DNA of 64,000 nucleotides from Isurus oxyrinchus (GCA_026770705.1 JANJGN010000131.1:744001-808000), one strand, 5' to 3'. Positions 1-13,690 are shown, counted from the first letter of the stretch. Notes: generated by a model from the sequence alone, not told the origin. Translations and numbers: made by a program.

Positions 1-2589
1 CTCATTATTCATTCATAGTTACTGGGAGACAGCACCTTCTGAAATTATATAAAGTCCTTCAATAGTTCAGAGTGTCCCAGGTTGCTTAACGACAAGGGCG
101 TATCTAGTGAAGTATAGTCACTCCTTTAATCTAGTGATAGAGTTAGAGGAAAATACAGAATCTGTTTAAATAACATCTTAAGAAAGAGATATAAACGTGA
201 TTTTTTCTTTCCATGTATTTACGATGCTTGATGAAGATCCAGGAGATGTAAAGGTCTTTTGAATTTTCAACTTCTGCTCTGTTAAAATTTCACTCGTACA
301 GCATGAAATTCACAGAAATTTGGAACAAAGAATCAGGCCTGTAAGCATTCTCCGATCAATAAGATGTTTAATTTTTTATGTTCTAAAAGCGCAAGGAGAA
401 GTTAAGGAAGTTAAACAATTATAATGAAATCCTTTGAATGATTATAACTGCTGCAAGCTGGAGGGGTCGTTGGATACCCGCTTCTTAGTTTATTGTCAGA
501 GAAACCAACGGATCTATGATCAAAGGTAATTAACAGCTCTCAGTTACTCTCAGGCAGCATAAATCATGCTTCCTGCTCCAGTGAATCTTGTCATCTGCTA
601 CTTGATGACATAGTTTAACCGTAGACCACAAAACGTTAAACGAAAACTTATGTGTCACATTCCCACCTCCTTGCATAGGAAGAACCAGATTAAAATAACC
701 TGGCATCAAGGCGGAGATAAACAGACTCTTGGTCAAAAAAAAATGTTGAAGATCTGAACTATAATAACACAGGCAGGCATGCGCACAGGCACTTGTCAAA
801 GAGGCTACACAAACAAACACACACACGTACACATATAGGCGCGCTTGCACACACGCAAACACGCACGTACCCACACAACCACATGCATTTCGACATCAAC
901 ACGTATGTATCTGTATATATTTTATGTCGTTTTAAATGGAAATAGAGGCGGACAAGCTGCAAGAACATTGGCTGCTATTTTGACTTATTTTATTAATGCA
1001 CAGTCTATCAAAATGGAGAACCCAACAACACTGTCAGGGTGCAAGGAGGAGGGGAGTAAACATTGCTCATACACCCGTGATACCACCACCACCGTGTATC
1101 GCTAGTGGTGGCGCTGCAGTTGTTCCCTCAAACAGTTCAGGTTCATATTCACTTAACAAACGTTTACATTCAAGCAGTTACCAAGACCATAAGGATCCCC
1201 AAACACAGGCTTTTATGCCTAACATTTCAGAAGGCACACACAACAGTATTAAGTTGATCTTTTATATACCGCTTGGTGATGAATATCAAGGTCACCTGCT
1301 CAACGACTATCTATTACTCTTTGGTCCAGTGACTGATCAGTTGCCAGTCACATCTGTGTCCACAATTAGCTACACGTGACGGCTGGCTAAGTTAGTTTAA
1401 TAGAAGATACCAGTACAGGCATGAACAAGGAGCAATGGATGGTGAGGGAAATCCTCAATTTACATAATTTAAAAATGCTTGCAAATCTCCAGACTCTGAA
1501 CAGCATCTTTCAACTCATGTCACTCAAAAATAAATATAGTAAACTGGATAGATCCTAGAATAATTTTAATTCTAAACACCAATCGTTACTCTTCCAGGGG
1601 CTTGAAACTATTTTCGTGTTTGCAAATTCGATGCCAATTCTGTTTCTTTCTGGAAGCTATTGTAATATTTTCGATAAGCAACCAATTGAGGTCCGAAATT
1701 GCTCTAAGACTTCGATAGCTCAAACTATGTGACACAATAGTGACCTAACAGCACAGGAAGGACTTCAAATTCCCATGAGTCAATTTTCAAAACGTTCTAT
1801 ATCCTCTTTTTCTAGAGTCATATAATGATGTAAATTATAGATCAGGCATTTTTTTCTCTCTAAGAGATATTCTGAAAAAATATATCTATATATTCCAGTG
1901 CTCTCCCCCCATTACTCAAGGACGTTCGTGTCTCATTGTGAAGGGCAACTATGCACAGCCCATCTCAGAGCTGGAACAGGTGCATGATATCCCTTTCGCA
2001 GTGATATTTGCTGGTTGAAATCCCACAGAAACGCCAAACAGATATTTGACCTCTTAACAATGTGAATACTCTAGTGCATAAGCAGAAAGTAACGCCTGGC
2101 CACAGCCCGGACTGTTGCATGTCCACTCTTTGGTATCGCTGTGTCAATGAGTCACCAAGTGAAATGGAAGATTGAAGTCATTGGGAGTGGGTAACAGCTA
2201 CTCACCGGTGTGGTTGTATGTATGAGACAGTATTGAGGAGGGGCAGTTCTTGCTCTTACTGTACCTGAATGCAATTATGCCTTCATTGGTGGAACGTGTG
2301 AGTGAACTTGGATCTAAATGGTGATTAAGCAATTAAGCCTCATCGCTTGGTCTGCATAGAGCCACTAGAATCTCAGCAGGTTGGACAGTAGGTGAATTCT
2401 CTCCTGCACACATGGCAGGCTAATTACACAGCCCAGGTGTGGACTTATAGGTTTCTCAGCAGGTCACGAAGTCTGAACCCATTTCCAAAGCAAAATGGAC
2501 TCAAATTAAACTCTCAATTCTCCATCACGCTATAGACAGTGCAGTTTATGATGAAAGAGATGGGGGTTTTACCAATGGCCACTAGGTCA

Positions 2590-3530
2590 AAGGGAGGAGT
2601 TTTGTCCTCATCGGGCGGGCACAGAGAGGTGGACAGGAGCTTTCCGGAACGCGACTGCCAGCCCGTGATCAGGGCCGGAAAGCGATTTCACGCTGGCAGG
2701 TCAATTAAGGGCCACCCCGCGTGAAACTCAGCTGGTGACAGGTTGGAGGGGCCGAGCGGGAATGGGAGCCTCTCGGCCGCCGGGTCCAATGGCGATCCGG
2801 CCGCCAGTTTGAAAACGGCCCAGGCAGCCCCAGGAAGGCTGCTGGAGAATGACGTCTGTCTGCTGTTGCAAAGATAGACTCCTGTGCGGCAGCAAACACC
2901 AGGCGGGAGGGCATGTTGTTTGGGCATTCGGCCCCCAGTTTTACTGAGGTGTGCCTCGCTGACCTCATGGAGGGCGTGGCTGCCGGAAGGGACACCCTTG
3001 TCCGAAGAGATGGAAGGAGGACACCTCCAAACCTCACAAAGAAGCATTGGGAGGAAGTGGCAGCCTCGGTGAACAGCCATAATGCACACCTGGGTGCAGT
3101 GCCAGAGGCGTTTGATTGACCTGCTACACTCGGAAAAGATGATTGCTGTGTTGGCATCAGTCAGTGTGTGGAATTGTTTTGAACTAGCCGCCCTCCCCAT
3201 GCAGTTCAGCGTGTCAGGACCTGAGTCCTAACTGTCAATCACTCCGGCTCAGGCCAAGTTGCTGAGCATTGGCTGCTTTGACTGAGTGCCATGCGAATCA
3301 CCGGCCATGACATGGATGTGGCCTGCAAGGCGCCCCAATGCTGGGGTTCGCCAGGCTGTAATGGCCCTGCATGTTGGATGTGGACTAATGAATGCTCCTC
3401 TGTGCTTTCAGGAGAAGGCAGCCCGTAACAACATTGAGAGGCCACGGACTGGCAGAGGACCCCCACACCTTTCAACATCACTGTCTCTGGCGACGTAGCG
3501 GCCTCCAGCCAGGTGTCCCCTTGCTGTGAT
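2590..3530 (+). mobile_element. PIF/Harbinger DNA transposon remnant with spliced Myb/SANT-like gene
   Basis: GC-rich island. ORF 2913-3119 (APSFTEVCLADLMEGVAAGRDTL...PPNLTKKHWEEVAASVN) and a second exon after ctttcag at ~3412 (EKAARNNIERPRTGRGPP) resemble Harbinger Myb/SANT proteins. Degenerate. Confidence 0.7.
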
Positions 3531-4154
3531 CATCTCCGACTATGGAGGGTTGTATCTATAAATCATTCCTTCTCTGCTCCCTTAGCTTGGCCATACCAGA
3601 CATTTAAATCAGGGTTGAAAAAACTCTGAAGATGACAAAAGATTTAATTCTTTAAGCAAACACCCAGAATTTGAACTGAATTCTGATGACAAATACGTTT
3701 CCTTCACTCCACCTTGTTCTAAAATCTCAACTGAGCTTCACCGATCCTCAAGTGATACACAAGGTCTGTTACCACTGAGAAATGCAATTTAACTACCTGT
3801 TAGCTCCAAAACTTACCTTAATCTTGGGAAACTACGTAACAAGCTTTTTATTTACTGGAATAACTTCAAAGGTCCTGCCTCCTTGTCCTTAGCTAATTAA
3901 AAGCGCCCACATTATCATGATCTTGTAATTTTAGCTGTGAGCCTCTTAGGTCAACATGGCTCCAAACTTTTAAGAATAATAAACTTCAAAGTTGGTTAAA
4001 TTGCATTTAATTTACGGCTGCTTTTACCAGTTTTTGCCACCAGATATCCCCTCTGCCTACAGTTAAATCTTTAATTCCTAAAACTAACAATTGGATTGAA
4101 AATCAGCTGAATTATGACACTAGCCATGGGTAACAGAAGGTGAATTTTTCACCG

Positions 4155-4745
4155 CAGTATCAGGTACAAATTTACTATTAAACTGGTATACCAGTTCCAA
4201 GGTCAGAGTTAGACCGTGGCGTCAGGTACATATTCACGTTCAAATTGGGGTATCCGGTACAAAGCCACTGTTAGACTGAATTATCAGTTAGAATAGCACT
4301 GATAGACTGGAATGTCATGTACATGGTCAATGTAAGATTGGGATATCAGTTACAACGTCACTGTTGTACTCGATTATCAGTTACAGCGAAGTTTCGGGTA
4401 CAAGGCGAATAGGATACCACATTTCAATCCCATGGTCACCGTTTGACAACAGTATCTGTAGGAAGCCCACTGATGGACCTATGCATAATTCAAATGAGCA
4501 CTGTATGACCAGGTATTAGTTGCATGGTCACTGTAAGTCCGTGGTATCAGGTACAAAGTCATTTTAGATTGTGTAGTGTCATTCACATGGACACTAATAT
4601 TCCATGGATTTCAATTACAGGGTTTAGTTACACCGGGGCATCATTTTCCAGGTCAGCTTTAAAGTTAAACTCTCATATCATTTCCATGGTAATTGTTGAT
4701 CCATAGCATCAGTTTTACGTTTACTGTTAAACCAAGCAGTTTCAA
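4155..4745. repeat. Degenerate ~31-bp minisatellite
   Basis: Repeated units such as tatccggtacaaagccactgttagactgaat / tatcagttagaatagcactgatagactggaa / tatcagttacaacgtcactgttgtactcgat. Confidence 0.8.
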
Positions 4746-5117
4746 AACATCAGTCTATAATTTCCCTTTCTGATCACTAGACAATGATCAACTATGCATC
4801 CTTTTGGACAGTTACTGCTTCTGTCCATACTCTGGCACTTGTGTTCATCCCCTGAGAAATTAATTGAAACCATGAAATTGTTTGGCAGCATTTTATCTCC
4901 GGAATAATCAAAGCTCTGGATTTGAGTCTGTTTTTCTTTTCTTATCTGTGCTGCAAGCCTGCAGAATTCCATAACCTGTTTATCACAAAAGTGGCTGACG
5001 TCACGTGCTTGCTTTGAATAAATTATCTTGACAGGAATGCCATGTAGTTTTTAGTATATTTTTTCCATACAAAGTGATGGGATGAAAGGGTTAAGGCATC
5101 TTGTTTGTTAAGTGACT

Positions 5118-5180
5118 GTAATTAATGCCAGCCAGTGTATTGTTTAATTGAATCACCAGGACTCTCCTCCGCCTATATCT
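5118..5180 (+). promoter_or_regulatory. Putative proximal promoter of GPCR gene 1
   Basis: GTAATTAATG (5118), TAATTG (5145), degenerate O/E-like aatcaccaggac, 11 nt, then TATATC (5174). Same spacing as the promoter of gene 2. Confidence 0.45.
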
Positions 5181-5270
5181 AGGCAATGTTTTCAATGTGT
5201 ATATCAGTGTTTGACAGAGTGTGGTCGCCAGTATAAACAGCGATCATTGGATCTCACAGCAAATGAGATC

Positions 5271-5367
5271 ATGTTCTTTGAAATTCCAACTGAACTTCGG
5301 ATTGTCTGGGTGATTTATGATTTGCAAAGGATTTACTATCCGCTCCTCGCTGCTGTTGGCATTTCTG
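5271..5367 (+). CDS. GPR139-like: GPR139/GPR142-like orphan GPCR gene 1, exon 1 (joins 10629..11530; 332 aa)
   Basis: ATG at 5271 gives MFFEIPTELRIVWVIYDLQRIYYPLLAAVGIS, then G|GTGAGT donor at 5368 (phase 1). The IYYP..AAxG TM1 motif is shared with the paralogs. Confidence 0.85.
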
Positions 5368-6059
5368 GTGAGTGATTATTTTAGAAACTTATTTTATAAA
5401 ACATCTTTCACCATGTTTGTTGTCCTTGCCCTTAACGTAAGTTAATTAATTTTATTCTCTGTAATTCTTGTGTCCTGTGACATGTAATGCCCTGTGCTTC
5501 TGTGAAGTAGCATTTCAGCAGTTGCTGATTCACTGTTCACAGTTCATTGGACCGTTTGTATATCTCAAGACTTGCTTCAAATGATTTTTTTCTTCAGAAT
5601 TTGGCTGGTATAATATTTTATGCAATAAATATTAGTGATGAATTATAGCTATTGAACAGCTGCAGTCTGCTGTTTAAACTGAACCCCAATATCTGAGCAG
5701 AATATGTTGCGCAGGTATTGGTTTTGCAGTGCGATGCAGATAGTAATTTGCACTGATCTGCGGAAATTAGGGCAGACAGGACCGAGGGAAGATCTCACAT
5801 AATAATTCAGCTCCAGGCAAATTCCGTTCCACCATCTCCCGCTTTGCCTAACAATAACCAAATTTAGATATTTAGGAGAGAATTTAAAATGTAATAATTG
5901 TTCAACAATATTTGCTCCCCTCACCAACAATTGGCTCCGTTCCCATTTCTGTCCACAGACCTAATTCCCTTCCCTTGTCTCTGCATGACGTTATTTAGAG
6001 CTGCAAATCATTATCCCCCTCTCAAAGTTTTTTTTTCAAAATGTGTCCTTGGGAAATGG

Positions 6060-6410
6060 ATGCTTGTGACAAACTTCCATTTATTACCCATCCGGAAGTG
6101 AGCTGAGAAGTTGGTGCTGAGTCTTCTTGCTGAGCTGAAGTATTCCCTCTGCTGACTGTGCTCCTACCTGCTGTTAGGGAATTCCGGAACGCTGATGAAG
6201 GGAGATGTTACCGTTCCAAGTCAGGATGGTGCGTTAGAAAAGGTCAATCTCACGGCATTGCACACCTTCTGCATTTTGCTGTGCTGGTACGTGCTGTCGA
6301 AGTAGCCCCGGTGTGTTGTTGTAGTTGATTCTGTAGACATTCTTCCTTCATCCACAGAGGTGGAGGTGGAGAAATAGCAAGTTTAATGATGGACGGACAC
6401 TGATGGAAAA
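6060..6410 (-). mobile_element. Decayed CR1-like LINE 3' fragment
   Basis: Degenerate match to the same 3' sequence seen at 8110-8500 (gctgttagggaattcc...ttccaagtcaggatgg). Confidence 0.5.
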
Positions 6411-8109
6411 TCTATTCCATTATTGAAGGGGATTCTGCTTATTGGGTGTTGCTCTGATAACCATACTGATGAGTAGTGAGCATTCCATTATGTTTCAGAT
6501 GTGAGATTTCCAGGCGTTTGATTGGGTTGGTGGGAGGCATGGTGTAGGGTGTGGGTGGAGGGGTGGCTGCTGGTGGGGACTGGTTCACCGTACTCCCACC
6601 AAACTGCTGAACACCGAACTTCCTCATCATGTTCCTCAGTTGCTGATATAGTTAATAGTTCCATCTGCTTAGCCACTGTTCTTTGCTGCTCCATTCTGTA
6701 GTCATTACCCCTGCCCTTGTAAATAAGCAACCCCTGTTGCCTCAGTCTTTGTAAGCAAACACTCCATCTCTAACCTCTCTTTCCTCTACAAATTCCTTGT
6801 CCCTGCTGCTACCCCCCACGTTTCTGCCCCTTCTTCCAGGGACACCATGCTTAAATCTTTCTAACCATTTTTCTACCTTATTACAACTCTTACACCGTCC
6901 TTAGCAAAGGCACAAATTATATCTTATGTGACTCTGCTAATGTCGAGCTGCCTCTCTTCCCTTTTGTCGACATGTCTGCAGCCTTTGGCATGGGTGACCA
7001 CAATGAAGTATTAAGAGTTTCATGTTCTGAATTTCCTCCTAAATCCTTTGTCCTCGCCACAAACTTATCATCCTTTAAGATAATTCTTAAAATGTGTTCT
7101 TTATTGTTATTCACCCTAAGCCAGCCTTTTTTGACCTGATCTCCATTTCGCTCTTGTGTAATTTCCCTCTATCTGCAGCTAGTGTCTGGAGTCCATTGCC
7201 GTGAAATTAATACTGACTATATCATTAACCGGAACTCCTGATGCCAACAGTGGTGAATATTGCAATGTCTGCCGCTCTGCATATCAGGACCGATCTGAAA
7301 TCTTGATCCAGGAGCATGCATGGTAATTTCCCATGAACTTTAAACTTCAGATGGGCAGATTTGTATTGCCCAGGCCCCTCTAACAATGACTCCAATACTG
7401 ACTTTAGTGTTGGACTGTTGTGCCTGTTGTGTGACAGATGCTTGGCATAGTATTTTCCCGCTATTAATTTCTAGCATGTGTCAGTGAATAACTTTCAAGC
7501 AAAGCCCATGCACGCCCAACCCCCACCTACAGAACTCCCACATTCATCCCACACACAACAACCCACAACACCCCCAACTACTGACCCCAGAATATCTAAT
7601 CTGACTCGATTGCCTTCCCCTCGATCCACTTGCACAGCTCTCACTAGCCATCGCCCGTCCATTCAACCCCCAACCGACTGCAAAGCACATTAACTACTCA
7701 CCCATCCCCATCCCAACTGCTGACCACCCGCCATCTACGCACCTCGTACACAGCTCATTTCCCCCACCCCGCTATGGAGGCAAGAAAAACAAGCTGCAAG
7801 GGTGGAAAAAGATGCGGCTTTAATTACATTTACAATCAGCACTGATTATCCGAGTATCGCCACCAAATAGGAGGCCAGGACCATTAATTTTATGAATTAT
7901 CTGACATATTAATTTAAACATGCATCAAAGCCCTGTGTTAATATTGCACCAGAATCTTCAGTTTCCCTGAGATAATAACACAGACGAGTTTCATTCTATC
8001 CTCATCCAGCGTTTAAACAGTCGAGAAACTGGTAAAAATTGTAAATTTTCATAATTTGGCTGCTCGGGTACACAATCTAGAGAAAGCGAACATGCAATAT
8101 GTGTTATTA

Positions 8110-9330
8110 TTATCCATTCATGGGAAATAGGCTTCGTTGGCTGGGCCAGAATTTATTACCCATCACTAGTTGCCCTTGTGTAGGTGGTGCTGAGCTGCCT
8201 TCTTGAACTGCTACAGTCTTCGGGGTGTAGGCGCACCCAGAGTGCTGTTCTGAAGGGAATTCCAGGATTTTGGCCCAGCGACAGAGAAGGAACGGCGATA
8301 TATTTCCAGGTCAAAATGGTGAGTGACTTGAAGGGGAACTTCCGTTTGGTGGTGTTCACATCTGTCTGCTCCCCTTCTCCTTCTAGATGGTAGTGGTCGG
8401 GGTTTGAACGTGCAGCTGAAAGAGCCTTGATGAGTTCCTGCAGTGCATCTTGTAGATGGCACCCACTGGTGCTACTATGCAACAGTGGTGGAGTGTGTAA
8501 ATATTTTTGGATGTGCTACCAATCCAGCGAGATGCATTGCCCTGAATGGTGTCAAGCTTCTTGAGCGTTCTGGGAGCTGCGCCCATCCAAGCAAGCGAGG
8601 AGCATTCCACTACACTCCTGACTTGTGCCTTGCAGATGGTGGACAGGCTTTGGCGGTGAGGAGGTGAGTTGCACGTCGCACTATTCCTTGCCTCTAATCT
8701 GCTCTTGTAGCCATAGTATTTATATGGCTTGTTCAGTTCCGTTTCTGGTCAATAGTAAACCCCAGGATTTGATAGTGGGGGATTCAGTGATGTTAATGCC
8801 ATTGAATGACAAAGGGCGATGGTTGGGTTCTCCCTTGTTGGAGATGGTCATTGCCTGACACTTGAGCGGTGCACAAGATACTTGCCACATGTCAGCGCAA
8901 GCCTGCTAATTGTCCAGCTCTTGCTGCATTTGAGCATGGGCTACTTCAGTACCTGAGGAGTCGTTAATGGCGCTGAACATTGTGAAATCAGTAGCGAACA
9001 TCCCACTTCTGACTATGTGATGGAAGGAAGGTCATTGATGAAGCAGCTGAAGATGGTTGGGCCGAGGACAGTACCCTGAAGGAATGCTGCAGTGAAGTCC
9101 TAGCGCTGAGATGATCGACCCCCAACAAACACAACCATCATCCTTTCTGCTAGGTATGGTTCGAAGCAGCAGAGATTTCCCCCCTGATTCCCATTGACTC
9201 CAGGTTTGCTAGGGGCCCTTGATGCCACACTCTGCCAAATGTTGCCTTGATGTCAAGGGCAGCCGCTCTCACCTCCCCCCGGGAGTTCAGCTCCTTTTTC
9301 CATGTTTGAAACAAAGCTGTAATGAGGTTA
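8110..9330 (-). mobile_element. CR1-like LINE fragment (RT C-terminus and 3' tail) in intron of gene 1
   Basis: Minus-strand peptides ELNSRGEVRAAALDIKATFGRVWHQG and MECSSLAWMGAAPRTLKKLDTIQ are typical of CR1/L2 ORF2. Confidence 0.85.
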
Positions 9331-9429
9331 GGATACAGCAATATAGCAAGTGAATAGGATAATAAATGGCAGTCTTCCCTGTATTCGAGTAAGGAACTTT
9401 TGATAGAATTATGCATGTGATTGGTGAGA

Positions 9430-9890
9430 AAACATATCGATTAATGTGTACAGTTTTGGCCTTCTTGCCTAAGGAAAAATATACTTAAGTAATCAATCAA
9501 TCAATCAAATTTGACATGCATCTTCTTAAATTTAGAGGATGTGTGATTATCTCATCGAGTCATAGAAAATAATTTAGTGTCCTCATAGCATGGATGCTGA
9601 GAGAATGTTTCCCTTAGGTGGGGAGTCGAGAACTCGATCCCTGAGATAAAATGTTGGCCATTTGGAATTGAGATGAAGAGAATCTTCTTCACTGAGAAAG
9701 TGGAGAAACGTCGGAATTATTAACTCTCGAGGGCTGTTGGTCGGTAGATTTTTGTGCTCTAAGGCCATTAAGATAAATGGGGATTGTTTTGGATAGTAGA
9801 ATTCGAAGAACGGCCATGGGTTTAATGAACATTAGAGTTGACCAAAGAGAAATATGGCTTGCTCTTGCTCCTAGTTCTTGCATTCTTATG
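9430..9890 (+). mobile_element. CR1-like LINE 3' end, decayed
   Basis: Resembles the 3' end of the 20040-21190 copy (gagaatgtttccc...gggctgt...cttgctcctagttctt). Confidence 0.6.
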
Positions 9891-10628
9891 TAACAACTTC
9901 ATTTCCCAACCACTGGCCCATTTAATTCCTGGCCCAAAACACAGACATTAGATCCATTGGTAAATTCTCTCCTGCTAGCCAGCCTGAATTTTGGGTGCTG
10001 CCACTCTCTGCTGTTCCTTCGTGTTGGCCAGCTCTGATTCAATCTCTAATTTATTTTCTTCAGTCTAGCGATCCATTTACCTCCCTGTTCTTTATTTCTT
10101 TTCGAGAGTCTATTTGTTACTGGGATACAGTCTAAGCGTTCATTGTGCCTTTTGGCGAAGGCAATAATTATCAGGAAGGCACATTTGGACATCCTGATTT
10201 GAAATACAATTTCTGAATTCAAATCTGTATTTACTTCTTTACACAACCTTAATGTTCCACTCAAATGTCTTCTCAAAAATAAATGAACCATTTTCCTTCA
10301 GTACAAATCACAGCCCTTCTTACATATCGTTGTGATGCAGTTTGCAGCATGTTCATGGGATATTGAGCAGGACTAATAATGGAGTGAGTGATTTTCACTC
10401 CGAATTCCATGAATAATTTAGGGAAGTGGCGATGAGACCTGCTGCAGGATTTGGTTTCCTGCTACAACAGGATGGTGTTTAACTCGAAACACTCCCTCCA
10501 GCGTAAAGCTCAAACACTGGTAAAGTAATTAGATTCTGACCTTGGATAACTCGGTTCAAATGTCACTCCATCAGTCTGTAACATTTGCTCTAAGTTAAAT
10601 AACTATCCTGCCTTTCTCTTCCTTACAG

Positions 10629-11530
10629 TGAACATACTGACTATTGTGACACTGTCTCGGGGAAGGTGCGGTCTCTCAAAATGTGTTTCCCTTTACCTGG
10701 TGTCCATGGCAACCGCGGATCTACTGGTCGTTATCCTTGATCTCATATTCAGGCAAATTGCTATTCTTTACTGGGCTCAGTTTCAGTTCATGTGGAGGTT
10801 TAAAGTGTGTAATATCCATGCAGTCCTGCTTTATGCAGCCACAGATTGTTCTGTCTGGTTCACAGTCTCTTTCACCTTTGATAGATTTCTGGCTATTTGT
10901 TCCCAGAAGTTGAAAACAAAATATTGCACCCAGCATACGGCGGCTGTGGTTCTCGGAACAGTCAGTCTGCTATTCTGTGTGAAGGATTCATTCTGGTACT
11001 TTATGTATGTAGGTCATTATTCGCTTTCCAATGCTCCTTGGTTTTGCACATTAGTGACGGATGCTGAATTCTCATCAATGTGGGCAGCAATCGAATGTCT
11101 TCATTATATTTTAACACCATTTGTGCCATTTGTTTTGATTTTGATGTTGAACGCTTTAACTGTCAGATATATTTTAGTGTCGAGCAGAGCCCGCAGGAGA
11201 CTCCGGGCTCACTGCAGTGGGGAGAGACCCAGGGACCCACAGATGGAGAAACGCAGGAAATCCATCATTTTACTGTTTGCTATATCGGGGAATTTTATCC
11301 TGTTGTGGTTAGTTTTTATGATAAATTCTGTTTGTAATAGGCTATATGTGTTAGATGCTATTCCTGTATACCTTCCTAGGTTTGTGCAGGAACTGGGATT
11401 TATATTTCAGCTCCTGAGTTGTTGCACTAACACGGCCATTTATGCAGTGACCCAGACTCAATTCAGAAATGAGCTGAAGAATGTGGTGAAATATCCCTTT
11501 TCTGTAATTTTTAAATGTATTAAACAGTGA
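10629..11530 (+). CDS. GPR139-like: GPR139/GPR142-like orphan GPCR gene 1, exon 2
   Basis: Pyrimidine tract and ccttacAG| at 10628. Uninterrupted 7TM ORF with NILTIV (TM1), MATADLL (TM2), C3.25, FTFDRF (TM3), PWFC (ECL2), RRKSIILLF (TM6), NTAIY (TM7), FRNEL (helix 8), stop TGA at 11528-11530. Confidence 0.93.
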
Positions 11531-12469
11531 CAAGAATATCCATTATCAATACGAGTTGACCCTGTTTTATTCCCAATCTCTTCACCTCGGTGATGAGCAC
11601 AGGGTGAGGCCAGTTTTCATCTTTCACCGCCAGGATTCAATGACTAACAGAAACGGTGCATTTGGGAAGTAATTTACCTCAGTCCTGTTTGTCCTGCTGG
11701 TTTCCTGGCTATTCCAACTCTCCTGTTGTCCTTGGGCCTGGTGTGTGAAATTCCCACCCACCAGGCTCGAGTTCCATGTCATTATCGAAAGGGGCTTTGG
11801 AGGATAAGGCCACTTGGGCAGGTGACAGTCCAGGGGCGGACATGCTGCAGTGTCTCCAGCATCACAGGGAAATCTTGTTCAAAACATTTCAGACCAACCT
11901 GCAGATGGGAGGGTGGGTTTCAGAGGTTGAAAGTCAGTGATTGCAGCTTTTCAAAATCTTTCTGTGATTTTATTCCAGTGTTTTTAGAGCTGAACAGTCA
12001 CAGTATCTCGGAGCGGGAAGTCTCCTCGTTTCAAATAAAGATTTATTTCCACTGCACAAGTTATGTTCCAGTGAAATTCGTCAATTCAAATGTCCCCTGA
12101 ACTCATCTGGAAAAAGTATGTTCAGGAGAGGAGAGAGAGGGGGGGCCAATATGCTCGGAACTGAAATAAAAAACAGCAATGCTGGGAATAATCAGCAGCC
12201 CTCGCTACTTTTGTGTAGCGAGAAACAGACTAATGCTTCAAGGGCTTCCATCAGTGTTGTGACACTCTTACGTGATCCAAAGGACTCCTGCTGCTGCAGC
12301 AGTAACTGAAGCATGTCATTTCAAAGTGTGAGGTGTGGGGTGAGGGGCGCCGGCGACCTACGTGTGTGTTTTTTGTTGTGGGGGTGGGGGTGGTGGGGGT
12401 GATGGAGTATAGAGTGAAATATCAAACTTTGTCAGCATCTGGCCAGTGGGCAATTGGAAGGCTCACTAC

Positions 12470-13330
12470 TTGAGAGCCAGCTGTTCACAACACATGAATG
12501 ATTTGGATATGAGCGCCAAATGTAATATTTCCAAGTTCGAGGATGACACAAAGCTTGGTGGGAACGTGTATTGTGAGGAAGGTGAAAAACGGTTTCAAGG
12601 CGATTTGGACAGACTTGGTGAGGGGGACAGAACAGGAAAGATGAAATTTAACGTGGAAGAATGTGAGGTTAACCAGCTTGGTAGGATCAACAGAGGTGCA
12701 GATTATTTCATAAAACGTGAGAGCCTGGAAAATGTAGCTGTACAAGGGGGCCTGTGTACCCTCATCAATAAGTCTCTGAAACCTGGCATACATATGAAGC
12801 ATTTAGGAAGGCGAAAAGAATGTTAGCTTCTCTCACAAGTGGATTTGAATACAGCCATAGTGAATTCTCATTTCCTTTGTATATAATCTTGGTTAGGCCA
12901 CCCCTGGGGTACAATGTGCAGGTGTGGCCCCCTTACATTCGGAAGGGAGTCAATGTTATTGAGGGAGTGAATCGAAGGCTCACCAGATTTGCATCAGGGA
13001 TGGCGTGACTGTCCTGTGAAGAAGGATTGGGGACACTGGACCTGTATTCTCCAGAGTTTCCAAACATGAGCAAAAAGATCTCAATATAACAAACAAAACA
13101 CCTGAATGGAAGAAAGTGTAAATGAAGGTCAGATGTTTCCCCTGGTCGGGGAATCTAGAAACAGGGGACACAATTTCAAAATAAGGGTAAAGCCACTAGG
13201 ACTGACATGAGGAGAATTGTTTTTTACTCAGTGGTTTGCGAATGTTTGTATTTCTGCATCCCGGAGAGTTGTGGAAGTACAATCATTGAGTATGTTTAAA
13301 GCAGAGAATGGCAGATTTCTAAATAATAAT
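12470..13330 (+). mobile_element. CR1-like LINE fragment
   Basis: Peptides MNDLDMSAKCNISKFEDDTKLGG (degenerate FADD) and LYIILVRPPLGYNVQVWPPYIRK. Confidence 0.85.
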
Positions 13331-13444
13331 CTGCCTTACTGTTTTATCCCCATTATATTGCATCAATAAGCCACTCCCAAATCCCATGTGCAATGACAGC
13401 GGTTAAAAAAAATGCAGCCATGAGAGGAGGGAAGTCCTGAACAG

Positions 13445-13690
13445 TAAAAGCTAAATATTGCGGTTTCTGGAAATCTAAAACTAAAAGAGAAACTGCTGCA
13501 AAACCTCAGTATGTCCAACATCACTTGTGGAGATAAAGACAGGATTAACGTTTTGAGTCTTTATGACTTTTGTTCAGATAAGAAGACTCCGAAGTAGAAT
13601 CATGCGGGCTCGAAACGTTAACCCTGTCGTTTTCTTCACAGATGCTTTATGAACTGTTGAGATTTTCCAACTTTTTCTGTTGTTGATTCA
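13445..13690. mobile_element. Palindromic non-autonomous element derived from Penelope-like terminal repeats
   Basis: Inverted arms (aaaactgctgcaaaacctcag...ttaacgttttgagtc / gggctcgaaacgttaacc...gagattttccaac). Confidence 0.6.

Noticed and set aside
530-1379. Several 70-127 aa ORFs near the window start
   Set aside because: They arise from CA/TG-rich low-complexity sequence and show no protein-like signal.
4155-4745. Regular repeats as a CRISPR-like array (also 62890-63780)
   Set aside because: Eukaryotic context, contiguous degenerate units with no unique spacers, and no cas genes.
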